A DNA stretch of 64,000 bases from an uncultured delta proteobacterium (GTDB lineage Bacteria; Desulfobacterota; Desulfomonilia; UBA1062): assembly GCA_963752595.1 (NCBI GenBank), contig CAVVYZ010000001.1, forward strand, positions 32,001-96,000, given 5' to 3'. The stretch's first letter is position 1. Every line of letters begins with the position of its first letter. Below the pieces are notes generated by a model. That model saw only the letters and a list, made by a program, of their open reading frames with translations. It ran no database searches and had not been told where the DNA came from. The translations under genes were made by a program, and so were the position numbers. Of this stretch, positions 20,008 to 30,570 are shown piece after piece.

Positions 20008-22266
20008 TCATGCCAGAGGTTCTTCCGGATCAAAAGAAGGACTTCCTTTTTTATGCCTCCCTCTCTTCGTCGATTGATTGCATCTTCCCAATGCTTGGTC
20101 ATAATCGGCTGTCGCGTTCTTCCTGAAAAGATCCTGTATAACGGTTTCGCGGTTGGAATCGGTTATTCTGCTGTATCCGTTCTCGCATAAAATAAAATCG
20201 ACTTGTGAAATCGGGATGATGTCTTCCCGGGGATTATATAAGAAAATCCTCCTGATCATACTTTTATCCCTGATATCAGTTTCATCCTGGCATAGTGACT
20301 TCATCGCTTCCTTATCTTTGAGAAGCCAAACAGATTCACGCATGCTCACGATCTCATTTTTCAGGTATGTATATCCTTCGATACAGTAACGCTCTTTTCT
20401 GTTATTTTCAAAAATTGTGCTCACGGAATCGATTTTCCCCAGGTAAGGATGCTCCTGATGGCTTTCAGGCAGGTATTTCTCGCCTGAGCATACCAGCAGG
20501 ATCAAAGGCTGGTTTAGATCATTCTCCTGCCTGGAACGGTATTCCCGGGCTAAGTTTATGATAGAGCTGTGCCCTGCAGAATGCCTGAAATACTGGTCGT
20601 TGATTCCGTTTGCTCCCACTATAACGAGGTGAATGGGCATACTTTCTATTACGTGACCTGCCACGATGTCGGGGATCAGAGCGATGTTGCAGAAATTCCT
20701 CCTCCGCAAATGTAGGCAGTATTGTGTCCCGTCATGGTAAATGAGATGATCCCCGTAACTGCTTTGCGTTTTCGGCTGGCCTTCACATACGAAGATGTTG
20801 ATCTTTTTTGAAATAATATACTCACGACGTGAGCCCCGGATCTCTTCAAACCTTTTGTCACGATAGGCATGCTCGATCAGTGCCTCCCGGAACCCGCACA
20901 ATACCGTTGATACCATCTCACTATAACCGTACAGCAGCACGTTGAACTCATTCTTTTTGTTATACAGACTCATCAGCTCATTCATAAAAATATTTCGGGA
21001 ATTAACGCGGATCTTTTTGCGATGTGTATAGTGATCTCTATACAATTCCAATATTACATTCAGGATCTCTTCTCTATCCGTTTCTTGTTTATCATCGATC
21101 CTTTCTTTAAGGATTCGTACAAGCTTATGCAGGCCAAGGTGGCAGGACCGTTTTTTTAACGGGTTTTCGGTAAGGTAATTGAGGAATTCTTTCAGTTTCT
21201 TTTGGTAGCCGTCATATATCTGGAAATCATACAACTTTATAGTTCCATCTGTATCCCTGTAGAGGGAATAACCAAGGATATTGGCTACCGAGATAAGAAT
21301 CATTTCCAGCAGCTTGGAAGCACTCGGCGCCATCATGATATCATAATTCAATACCATTTCTCTCAGGTCGATTTCCATTTGGTTGGTGACTTCAAAAGGA
21401 GACACCTTATGCTCGATATCCAGATAAAAAGTAATCCCCTCCTCTATCAGAACATCAGCGATGCTGAAAAGCTCGCTCTTGAGATCATCGAGAACCATTC
21501 TGATAATCGATTGTAATTTGACACGCATGAATAACTTGATGTTTTCATCAAGTTGAGAAACATCAAACCGGGGTTCCTTGAAGATAATCTGGATCTTGTG
21601 AGTGGTGAAATCCACATCGATGCTATGGATTATTCTGCTTTTTATCCAGTGAATTTTTGACTCGATCGGAATATCATAGGTGAGGCACATGGAATAGGGA
21701 CCGTCGGGTACGCGTGAAGCACTGATATCAAGGGCATCCGCCAGTCTCAGATACGCCGACAGGAGCCTGAGCCTCACGCGGTCATTATTCACGGGTAGTT
21801 CTTTATCGCAGGTGTTAATGTCCTCTTGCTTCCTATGATAGCGGCATAATTTGCCCAGGGCTTCTTTGTGGAATTGATCAACTCCAAGCTCTGCATATTT
21901 TTCCACGATGCATTTTTCGGATAATACATGGTGTTTGTTTCTTATCTCATTAGGTTTTCCTCTTGAGCCGGCAGGGAGATACGTTTCCACTAAGTCCGGA
22001 AGCATCCCGACATCATGGAGCCAGGCTGATGCCAGGAGAAAGAATCGCTCCTTCTCTGAGAGATCAAGATACTTTTTTTTGGGTATTAATTTATGGATAA
22101 TATCTTCAACTGCCTGGAAATGGTCTACTCCGTGTGGGGTGAAGAACGGCAGGTCTCTTTTATTATTATTGCAGAGCCAGGTAACTTTTTCGCGGATGTT
22201 AATTAATTTTTGTGAATAGCTTTCTCCAAGCCAACTTTTCCAGTGTTTTTCATCGGTGTTATCCAT
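20008..22266 (-). CDS. HD-CE-like phosphohydrolase fused to an eIF2B alpha/beta/delta (IF-2B)-like domain
   Basis: N-term FTPHGVDH...LHDVGM...HH...YH...LRLADALD...HW; C-term VLLYGYS, FVCEGQP, LIPD, VIVGANGI, HSAGH, EK, NPREDIIP...DFILCENG; AGGAGGT RBS. Confidence 0.75.
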   Translation of the reverse strand: MDNTDEKHWKSWLGESYSQKLINIREKVTWLCNNNKRDLPFFTPHGVDHFQAVEDIIHKLIPKKKYLDLSEKERFFLLASAWLHDVGMLPDLVETYLPAGSRGKPNEIRNKHHVLSEKCIVEKYAELGVDQFHKEALGKLCRYHRKQEDINTCDKELPVNNDRVRLRLLSAYLRLADALDISASRVPDGPYSMCLTYDIPIESKIHWIKSRIIHSIDVDFTTHKIQIIFKEPRFDVSQLDENIKLFMRVKLQSIIRMVLDDLKSELFSIADVLIEEGITFYLDIEHKVSPFEVTNQMEIDLREMVLNYDIMMAPSASKLLEMILISVANILGYSLYRDTDGTIKLYDFQIYDGYQKKLKEFLNYLTENPLKKRSCHLGLHKLVRILKERIDDKQETDREEILNVILELYRDHYTHRKKIRVNSRNIFMNELMSLYNKKNEFNVLLYGYSEMVSTVLCGFREALIEHAYRDKRFEEIRGSRREYIISKKINIFVCEGQPKTQSSYGDHLIYHDGTQYCLHLRRRNFCNIALIPDIVAGHVIESMPIHLVIVGANGINDQYFRHSAGHSSIINLAREYRSRQENDLNQPLILLVCSGEKYLPESHQEHPYLGKIDSVSTIFENNRKERYCIEGYTYLKNEIVSMRESVWLLKDKEAMKSLCQDETDIRDKSMIRRIFLYNPREDIIPISQVDFILCENGYSRITDSNRETVIQDLFRKNATADYDQALGRCNQSTKRGRHKKGSPSFDPEEPLA

Positions 22267-22467
22267 GTGCACCTCCTGTCATGGCTATTTCCAAACAAGC
22301 GACAAGTGTAACGGTAGCGTACGTTTTATTGGGCTAGAAAAACACAAGGCTGCTTCTGGCACGTTGCCGGCCGGAATATCGAGGTGAAATTAAAAAATAC
22401 ACGATAAGAGGATAAATTGATAGTTAATTTTTGCCAATAAACCCTAAAGATGAAAAAGGCACCCAAG

Positions 22468-22481
22468 GTATATCGATATAC
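22468..22481. promoter_or_regulatory. Perfect 14-bp palindrome GTATATCGATATAC, possible operator
   Basis: Lies in the divergent intergenic region about 100 bp upstream of the CoA-transferase pair. Confidence 0.3.
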
Positions 22482-22580
22482 TCTGAAACCCGTCCAGTAC
22501 CAGCGAAGCTGTTGCCTGGAAAAATTGTCTTGCTTCTCCCGGATGGATCATTAATCTTAACCAAGAAAGGAATATCCTTT

Positions 22581-23924
22581 ATGACAACCGTAAACGACGT
22601 GGCACGGGAGAAGTATGGCCGGATACTCCGCACAGCAGACGAAGTAGTCCGGATGATCAATTCAGGTGACAAGATTTTCTTCAGCGAGTTTATGCTTTAC
22701 CCCGAGGCCCTCGATGAGGCCCTTGCAAAGCGCGCCCCTGAGCTCAAGGATGTCGTAATCGAGGGCGTATGCATAACGCGTGTACCCCATTTCATCAAGG
22801 CGGACCCGGCCAGGGAGCACTTCATCTACCAGGACTGGCATATGTCCGGAGTCGGCCGCAAGCTCTACCAGCAGAACCTGTGCAACTATATCCCGAACAC
22901 CTACCACCAGGGCCCGAGGGTCATCAGGAAGTACAACGAGTATGACTATGTGTTCGTGAATGCCTGCCCCATGGATTCGCGGGGGTATTTCAACTATGGA
23001 ATCTGCAACTCGCTCACCTCTGCCGTCATCACCAAGGCAAAAAAGGTCATTGTGGAGGTGAACGAGAACATACCCCACTGCCTCGGCGGCAACCAGGAGT
23101 CGGTGCACATCTCACGGGTCGATTATGTGGTCGAAGGGAAAAACAGTCCGCTGCTTGAAATACCCCCGGCGAAGCCGTCGGAGACCGATATCATGATCGC
23201 CGAATTTATCATGAATGAGATAGAGGACAACGCCTGCCTGCAGCTGGGCATCGGCGGCCTTCCCAATGTTATCGGCGAGATGATCGCGGAGAGTGACCTC
23301 AAGGACCTGGGCATTCATACCGAGATGATTGTCGATTCCATGGTGGACCTCTACAATGCCGGGAAAATCACAGGCAACTTCAAGATCATCGACCGGTTCA
23401 AGATGGTCTATACCTTTGCCATGGGCACGAAAAAGCTCTACGATTTCCTTGAAGATAACCCGGCCTGCGCATCCTACCCGACCAATTACACGAACGACCC
23501 GCGGGCCATTGCCATCAACAGCAAGGTGATCGCCATCAACAATGCCATTGAGATCGACCTCTTCAGCCAGGTGTGCTCGGAATCTGCAGGCACAAGCCAC
23601 ATCTCGGGCACAGGCGGGCAACTCGACTTTATCTTCGGGGCATTCATGTCAAGAGGCGGAAAAGGAATCATCAGCCTGAGCTCCACCTTCAAGGACAAGG
23701 ACGGCATCATCAAATCGCGTATCGTACCTACTCTTACACCGGGGGCCATCGTGACCGTGCCGAGGTCCATCATCCAATACGTCGCAACCGAATACGGCAT
23801 CGTGCAGCTCAAGGGCAAATCGACCTGGGAAAGGGCCGAGGCCCTCATCAGTATTGCGCACCCAGACTTCCGGGAAGAGCTCATCAGGCAGGCCGAGGCC
23901 ATGAAAATCTGGGGAAAGCGATAA
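22581..23924 (+). CDS. Acetyl-CoA hydrolase/transferase (butyryl-CoA:acetate / 4-hydroxybutyrate CoA-transferase-like)
   Basis: LQLGIGGLPN, DLGIHTEM (catalytic Glu), SGTGGQLDF, VATEYG, ALISIAHPDFR. Confidence 0.92.
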   Translation: MTTVNDVAREKYGRILRTADEVVRMINSGDKIFFSEFMLYPEALDEALAKRAPELKDVVIEGVCITRVPHFIKADPAREHFIYQDWHMSGVGRKLYQQNLCNYIPNTYHQGPRVIRKYNEYDYVFVNACPMDSRGYFNYGICNSLTSAVITKAKKVIVEVNENIPHCLGGNQESVHISRVDYVVEGKNSPLLEIPPAKPSETDIMIAEFIMNEIEDNACLQLGIGGLPNVIGEMIAESDLKDLGIHTEMIVDSMVDLYNAGKITGNFKIIDRFKMVYTFAMGTKKLYDFLEDNPACASYPTNYTNDPRAIAINSKVIAINNAIEIDLFSQVCSESAGTSHISGTGGQLDFIFGAFMSRGGKGIISLSSTFKDKDGIIKSRIVPTLTPGAIVTVPRSIIQYVATEYGIVQLKGKSTWERAEALISIAHPDFREELIRQAEAMKIWGKR

Positions 23925-23939
23925 GGAGGACTGGATCCT

Positions 23940-25820
23940 ATGATGATAAACTGGCATGAAACCTATAAAAAAAGGCTCATGGATGCGGGTACCGCGCTCT
24001 CCCGGATCAGAAGAGGAGCGAGGATATTCATAGGCTCTGCCTGCGGCGAGCCTCAGCTCCTTGTCAAAACCCTCATCGACGTAGCGCCGAACCTTGCCGA
24101 CACCGAGATCATTCACTTTCTGGATCTCGGTGTCGCTTCCTATACGGATGAGAAGTATAGCGAATATTTCCGCCACAATGCACTGTTCATAGGCTCGAGC
24201 ACACGTTCTGCCATCCGGGAAGGCCGGGCTGATTATACGCCTGTTTTCCTCTCGGAGGTTCCCCTTCTTATGCAGCGCGGGACCATGCCCATCGATGCGG
24301 CACTCATCACGGTATCCCCTCCCGACAACAGCGGGTATGTAAGCCTGGGTATCTCGGTTGATATTACCAAGGCCGCAGCCGAGGTTGCCCGATACGTGGT
24401 GGCAGAAGTTAATCCGAACATGCCGAGGACGCTCGGGGACAGCTTCCTGCACGTGAGCGAGATCGATGCCTTTGTGGAAAACGATGCCCCTCTTCTGGAG
24501 TTCGTACAGAAGGCGCCGGGCAATATTGCAAAAGCGATCGGAGAACTTATCGCCGATCTGATCGAGAATGAATCCACCATTCAGACCGGTGTGGGAAGGA
24601 TACCCAGCTCGGTATTCCCCTACCTCATGAACAAACGGGACCTGGGTATCCATACCGAAACGTTCACCGAGGGGCTTATCGATCTCATCGAGGCGGGCGT
24701 CATCACCTCCAGAAAGAAGTCTCTGCATCCCGGAAAAATCGTCTCATCCTTCTGCATGGGTACGAAACGCCTGTACGACTATGTCCACAATAATCCGCTC
24801 TTCGAATTCCGGCCATGTGATTATGTCAACGATCCCTCTGTGATCGCCCGGAATGACAGGATGGTCTCCATCAATTCCGCCCTCACCGTGGATCTTACGG
24901 GACAAGTGTGCTCCGATTCTCTAGGTTTTGAATTTTACAGCGGCATCGGCGGACAGGTGGATTTTGTCCGGGGTTCTGCCATGTCAAATCGGGGCAAATC
25001 CATCATGGTGCTGCCGTCCACCACGGACGACGGGAAGATATCCAGGATCGTCCCGTATCTGTATCCCGGCAGCGGTGTGACCGTCACCAGGGGCGACATC
25101 CATTATGTGGTCACGGAATACGGGGTTGCCTATGTGCATGGGAAGTCCATACGTGAACGTGCCATGTTGCTGATCAACATAGCACATCCCGACTTCCGCG
25201 AGGAGCTGCTGGAAGCGGCGAAGAAGCAGGCCTACATTTATCAGGACCAGACTCTGCCTGTTGTGCTCTATCCGAAGGAATACGAGACAAGCTGGACAGA
25301 CAAACAAGGGGCCAGGATTTTCTTCCGTCCGGTAAAGGCAACTGATGAACGGGCAATCCAGGATAAGATTTATGCCCTCCCGGAGCAGGACATCTACACC
25401 CGGTTCTTCCACAGCCTCAAGTCCTTTTCCCATAAGGTAGCCATGCCCATGGCTGCCATCGACTACAACGACAAGATGTCCATTGCTGCGGTCACCGGTA
25501 AAGAGGAGCCTGAGAGCCGGGAGCAGATCGTGGCCATCGGGCAGTACATCCGAGACCCCCAGACCAACTTTGCCGAAGTCGCCTTCACCACGGGCAAGGA
25601 TTGGCAGAACCGGGGCATCGGCACGTTCCTCCTCCAGTATCTGATTCGCATCGCCAAAGAGAAGGACATCAAAGGATTCACGGCAGATGTCCTGGCAAGG
25701 AACACCCCTATGATGAAGGTGTTCTCCAAGACCGGATACCCCATCAAGACCCACCTGGAATCGGGTGTGTATGAACTCGAGATCACCTTCGATGAAGAGG
25801 AGAATAAGGAAGCCCTCTGA
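23940..25820 (+). CDS. Acetyl-CoA hydrolase/transferase with C-terminal GNAT domain
   Basis: DLGIHTE, SGIGGQVDF, VTEYG, IAHPDFR; then AEVAF...WQNRGIGT...N.PM (GNAT motif A). Confidence 0.92.
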   Translation: MMINWHETYKKRLMDAGTALSRIRRGARIFIGSACGEPQLLVKTLIDVAPNLADTEIIHFLDLGVASYTDEKYSEYFRHNALFIGSSTRSAIREGRADYTPVFLSEVPLLMQRGTMPIDAALITVSPPDNSGYVSLGISVDITKAAAEVARYVVAEVNPNMPRTLGDSFLHVSEIDAFVENDAPLLEFVQKAPGNIAKAIGELIADLIENESTIQTGVGRIPSSVFPYLMNKRDLGIHTETFTEGLIDLIEAGVITSRKKSLHPGKIVSSFCMGTKRLYDYVHNNPLFEFRPCDYVNDPSVIARNDRMVSINSALTVDLTGQVCSDSLGFEFYSGIGGQVDFVRGSAMSNRGKSIMVLPSTTDDGKISRIVPYLYPGSGVTVTRGDIHYVVTEYGVAYVHGKSIRERAMLLINIAHPDFREELLEAAKKQAYIYQDQTLPVVLYPKEYETSWTDKQGARIFFRPVKATDERAIQDKIYALPEQDIYTRFFHSLKSFSHKVAMPMAAIDYNDKMSIAAVTGKEEPESREQIVAIGQYIRDPQTNFAEVAFTTGKDWQNRGIGTFLLQYLIRIAKEKDIKGFTADVLARNTPMMKVFSKTGYPIKTHLESGVYELEITFDEEENKEAL

Positions 25821-25830
25821 AAAAAGATTC

Positions 25831-27626
25831 TTACACGGCCTGCATGAGGGCCTTGATCTCGTCCTGGTCGATCTTCTCCTTTTCAAGTAACAGACACGCC
25901 CCTCTGACGAGCGTTTCCTTCCTGTTCATGAGAATATCCAGGGCCACCTTGTACTGGTTTGATATGATCTGCTGGATCTCGGCGTCAATGGCCTGGGAGG
26001 TGAGCTCGCTGTAGTCGCCGGGCTCCTGCCGTTCCATGTCGAGGAACCGGGAGCGCCTGTCGTGGGCAAGATAGACCTGCCCGAGGTTGCTGCTCATGCC
26101 GTATTCCTTGATCATGCTTTTGGCGATATCTGTGGCGCGGGAGAGATCGTTATGCGCACCGGTGGATATGTCTCCGAAGATGATTTCTTCTGCAGCCCTG
26201 CCGCCGAGCAGTGAGGCGATCTTGTTCAGGAGCTCGGTCTTCCTCATGAGAAACCTGTCGTCGGTAGGCACCTGCATGGTGTAGCCGAGCGCGGCAATAC
26301 CGCGAGGGATGATCGAGATTTTCTGCACCGGATCGGTGCCCGGGAGGCTCATGGCCACGATGGCGTGCCCCATTTCGTGGTGGGCGACGATCTCCCGCTC
26401 ATCTTTGTTGATCAGCCTGTTCTTCTTCTCGAGCCCGCCGATGATCCGCTCCACCGCTTCCTGAAACTCGGGCATGCCCACAAGCTTCTTGTCGTGCCGG
26501 ACCGCCAGCAGAGCCGCCTCGTTCACCAGGTTGGCAAGGTCTGCACCCACCATCCCCGGGGTCATGGCGGCGAGAGTTTCAATGTCGATGTCCGGTTCGG
26601 TCTTGATGTTTCTGAGATGAACCTTGAGGATCTCCGCCCGGCCGACCTTGTCCGGCCGGTCCACAAGGACGTGGCGGTCGAACCTTCCCGGCCTGAGCAG
26701 TGCCGGATCGAGTATTTCAGGCCGGTTGGTGGCTGCCATAAGGATCACTCCCACTTTGGGGTCGAAGCCGTCCATTTCAGAGAGGAGCTGGTTGAGCGTC
26801 TGCTCGCGCTCGTCATGGCCTCCCGTCATTCCGCCGATGCCCCGTGCCTTGCCCAGGGCGTCGACCTCGTCGATGAAGATAATGCAGGGGGCCTTTTCTT
26901 TGGCCTGAACGAAGAGGTCCCTGACTCTCGCTGCACCGAGCCCCACGAACATCTCCACAAAATCCGAGCCGCTCATGCTGAAGAACGGGACTCCGCTCTC
27001 TCCTGCCACTGCCTTGGCCAGGAGTGTCTTGCCCGTGCCGGGCGGGCCCACGAGCAGGATTCCCTTGGGTATTCTGCCGCCGAGCTCGCCGAACTTCCCA
27101 GGGTTTTTCAGAAAGTCGATCACCTCCACGAGCTCCTGCTTTGCCTCGTCCACGCCCGCCACATCGGTAAACGTATTTTGAGCTCGTTCTCCATGTAGAT
27201 CTTTGCCTTGTTTTTACCAAGCGACATGAAGCCGGGCTGCTGTCCCGCCATGCGCTTCATGAGGAGGTACCAGACCCCGACGAATATGAAGACGGGCAGT
27301 ACCCAGGATATGACATCACGAAGGATGGTAGATTCGATCTTTCCCTTGAAAACGACATTGTATTGCTCCAGGGTCTTTGAGAGCTCGGGGTCCACCCGCA
27401 CGGTCTTGAATTCCTCCATCTGGCCCTGCGGGTTTTTCATCTTGCCCTGGATCTCGTCTTGCGAAACCGCGATCTCGGTCACCTTTCCCTGCTTCAACGA
27501 ATTCATGAACTGACTGTAGGGGATGGTCTTCACCGCGAGCATGGAAGCTATGTAACTCTGGACCAGGAGCACCACCCATATCCCGATCAGGACATACCAG
27601 ATGGAGACCGCATGTTTTTTTTCCAT
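25831..27626 (-). CDS. ftsH: ATP-dependent zinc metalloprotease FtsH (frameshift near 27170)
   Basis: Two TM N-terminus; [16 protein letters not shown] ([20 protein letters not shown]), HEMGH; adding one T to a T run joins the two ORFs. Confidence 0.95.
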
Positions 27627-27827
27627 AATTTCTCCAGCATTTCAGCGGATTATTTTTTAAAAATACTACTTATCTTATAGAGCTAACACCTTGAAATTCA
27701 AGGCTACTCAAAAAATCACCTTAATATTTCACTAATACATTCTCTATGAAATGTACGTGAAGAGTTGCCATTGCAGGCCTCTCCAGGGACTATAGCATGA
27801 ATGGGTCATGTTTACACCAAGCCTATC

Positions 27828-28644
27828 CTACGGCATGGCGGCCCTGATCGGCCCGGGCATTTCGCAGGTGAGCCGGATCTCTGATTCGGTGCGGAGGAAG
27901 CAGGACGGATCTTCGCTTAAATAATCGCCTGAGTAAGCCATAGACCGTCCCCTGCAGCAGCCGCAGATGCTCCGGTAGCCGCACTCGCCGCATTTGCCCT
28001 TGAGCATGTTCTCACGGTTTCTTAAATGTTCGAATATCTCGCTGCTGCGCCAGATATCGTCGAAGGGCCGGGTGCGGACATTGCCTGCGCTGATCTTTAC
28101 GAAGGGGCAGGGCCATGCATCACCGTTCGACTTGATGTAGACGTCCTGCTGCTTTTTTGCAAGGAACTTGAGCAGCCGCTCGTTCTCGTTGATCTTGAGC
28201 GTGGCGTCTTTGATAATCTCGCCCCTTCCCACGGGCACGAGCTGGTACATGAGCATGATGCCCGAGCCCAGGTCGCCGGCAAGCTCCACGAGCTCGTCCA
28301 TGTCGTGGATGTTGTACTGCATGGCCGTGCAGTTGATCTGCAGGGGGATTCCTGCCCTTTTCATGGCCCGGATGCCCCGCATGGCGAGCTCAAAGGTGTT
28401 GGGCTTGTTGCGCACGAAGTCGTGCACCTCGTCGTGCCAGGAATCGAGACTCACCGCAAGCCCATGCCGATGGACCCCGCAGCAATGGGCAGGGAGTTGA
28501 AGCCGTGTGTACATCCCAGCGGGGGAACTGCTTCCACTTGATCATGTGGGAAAAGAGCAGGGCGCTCCCCAGCTGGCGCATGACCAGGCTCGGGGGCCAG
28601 AAAATGGATTTCAGGGGCCAGTTCGCAATCTCGGTTATCTTCAT
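27828..28644 (-). pseudogene. Radical SAM/SPASM protein remnant
   Basis: AVSLDS....HD.VR barrel strands and SPASM motifs (YIKSNGDAWPCPF, GKCGECGYRSICGCCR) are present, but there is no CxxxCxxC motif; frameshift and apparent internal deletions. Confidence 0.8.
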
Positions 28645-28648
28645 GGTG

Positions 28649-29593
28649 TTATCCCTTGAGAATAAGCCCTGCGCTGTAGGCAGCAGGGATGAGGAGGTTC
28701 GTTATGATTGTCGCTGCGCACATCCGTTCGAGTTTCTGCCTGTCCTGATACTCTCCCCGGGCCATGCCCAAGGCAGGGTAGAGGCCGCACAGGGCGACGA
28801 CGGGGAAGAAACCCCAGGTGATCTCAGGTGCACCGGCCGGGATCGCCAGGGGGAAGGCAGCCACCGCACCCACTTGTGCCAGGGCATACAGCCATGCTGA
28901 CTTCTGTTTCCCCAGCCGCACCGCGAGCGTCTTCTTGCCGGTCATGACATCCGCCGGATAGTCGGGGAACTCGTTGATGAAAATCACGTTGAAGATGGTG
29001 AGCGCAATGGGGATACTCATCCAGTGGACCAGGGGATCGAACCGGGATGTCTGGAGGTAGTAGGCAGCGGCAACCGGCAGCCATCCGTAGCAGAACCCGA
29101 TGATGATCTCGCCGATGCCCCGCTCCACGATCCGTATGGGCTTCGTGGAATAAAAGAACCCCGAAAACAGGCCGATGGCGCCGAGCGGGATGGTCCAGGG
29201 ACCGGTATCGTAATAGAACCGGAGGATGAGCCCGATGGCGATCGCAGCACCGGCGGACAGGTAGCCGGCGATCAGGGCATGGGAGGGCGGGACAACGCCC
29301 TGGGCGACAGCCTGGGACCCTCCGGTGAACTGGTTTCTCTCCAGCTTTGCCGAGAGCCTGTCGCCTTCCAGGTCATAGTATTCCCCCGACGTATAGGTCA
29401 TCAGCATGATGAGGACCGCGGCAAGGATGCTCAGCGCGAACACGGGGAGATTGAATGTGCCGGTCGTCTTCCATGCGAGGACGGCACCCAGGAGAAAGGG
29501 CATGATCCCTACGGCGTGGAAAGGGAACCGTGCCATGACGAGCCAGCCTCTGATAAGGCCGGCCGTATCGTCGTGAGCCTGTGACCGTGCCAT
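28649..29593 (-). CDS. UbiA/MenA-family prenyltransferase
   Basis: EYYDLEGD, FTGGS, FYS..P...RG.GE, INEFPDYPAD...GKKTLAVRLG; multiple TMs. Confidence 0.88.
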   Translation of the reverse strand: MARSQAHDDTAGLIRGWLVMARFPFHAVGIMPFLLGAVLAWKTTGTFNLPVFALSILAAVLIMLMTYTSGEYYDLEGDRLSAKLERNQFTGGSQAVAQGVVPPSHALIAGYLSAGAAIAIGLILRFYYDTGPWTIPLGAIGLFSGFFYSTKPIRIVERGIGEIIIGFCYGWLPVAAAYYLQTSRFDPLVHWMSIPIALTIFNVIFINEFPDYPADVMTGKKTLAVRLGKQKSAWLYALAQVGAVAAFPLAIPAGAPEITWGFFPVVALCGLYPALGMARGEYQDRQKLERMCAATIITNLLIPAAYSAGLILKG

Positions 29594-29862
29594 GCGATCC
29601 GCCTCTGCCCTCAAGGCAAGCCGGGCATATGTCCGGAAGACCTTTGTAAGTATATGAGGATATGTGAAAAAGGAAGCTAGTAAATATCCCGGGCTATGTC
29701 AATGACAGGAGAGATATCACCAACTAGAGACAATACATAGTCATTTCAATTCCAGTTTGCTTAAGATTTCTCCGAATAGCATAGTCAGAGGCCGGCCACG
29801 ATCAAGAGACTGCTGCTGAAATGGAGTTCGCCACTGACCCCATCATGCGACCCTATCTTGAT

Positions 29863-30255
29863 TCACTCATACCCTAGCTCGATAAGCCTTTCTTCGCTTA
29901 TTCCGAAGTAGTGGGCGATCTCATGCACGATTGTGATCTCGATTTCCTGCTCCAGCTCGGACATGTCTCTGCAGATGGCAAGGAGCGGCTCCTTGAACAG
30001 GATGATGGTGTCGGGATACGGCGACGGCCAGGTAGCGGACCGCTCGGGGAGCGAGGTCCCGGTGTACAGGCCTAGAAGGGGCTCGTCGGCAGGCAGGCCC
30101 AGGTCATCGAGCAGCTCGGGCCACGGTCTGTCCTCCACAGTGATGGCGACATTACTCACCTGCTGCATGATCTCATCGGGTATCCGGTCAAGCGCGCTGC
30201 CTGCGATCCGGGCAAATTCCATATCGCTTAAGCTCATCATGGAAAAATGATACAT
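29863..30255 (-). CDS. Zincin-like metallopeptidase (DUF1025 type)
   Basis: LLGLYTG, PDTIILF, VHEIAHYFG. Confidence 0.9.
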   Translation of the reverse strand: MYHFSMMSLSDMEFARIAGSALDRIPDEIMQQVSNVAITVEDRPWPELLDDLGLPADEPLLGLYTGTSLPERSATWPSPYPDTIILFKEPLLAICRDMSELEQEIEITIVHEIAHYFGISEERLIELGYE

Positions 30256-30570
30256 GAAAACGTGGGTGAAATCGATTGTTGCATGTACGTGTAACCGGCA
30301 ATCCCCATGTGATTCTGTCCTTGGCCCTTTGTATTTTTTGCAAGAATCCGCAATTTCAAGAATGTGGCGGTCACATATTGATTTCCAGTCCCAGAACTTT
30401 ATTATACTGTAATATTATATTTTACATTTTGACTTTTGTAATGAGACGCAACTCAGACGCGATCATTTTAATAACAGGAGGGAGCGCCTATGACCTGAAA
30501 AGTCTTTTGTCTCATACGTTCGGCGGCAGTCGTGATTTCAAGGCAATTAAAAATCGAGGAGGTTGAAAGG

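Noticed and set aside
20008-21350. Calling the C-terminal domain an active MtnA or ribose-1,5-bisphosphate isomerase
   Set aside because: The catalytic Cys and the GAD Asp are absent (YGYS, GAN).
22357-22372. Sigma54 promoter TGGCACGTTGC
   Set aside because: The spacing between the -24 GG and the -12 GC is too short.
27120-27180. Programmed frameshifting in ftsH or other genes
   Set aside because: No slippery heptamer with a stimulatory structure; a homopolymer indel is the simpler explanation.
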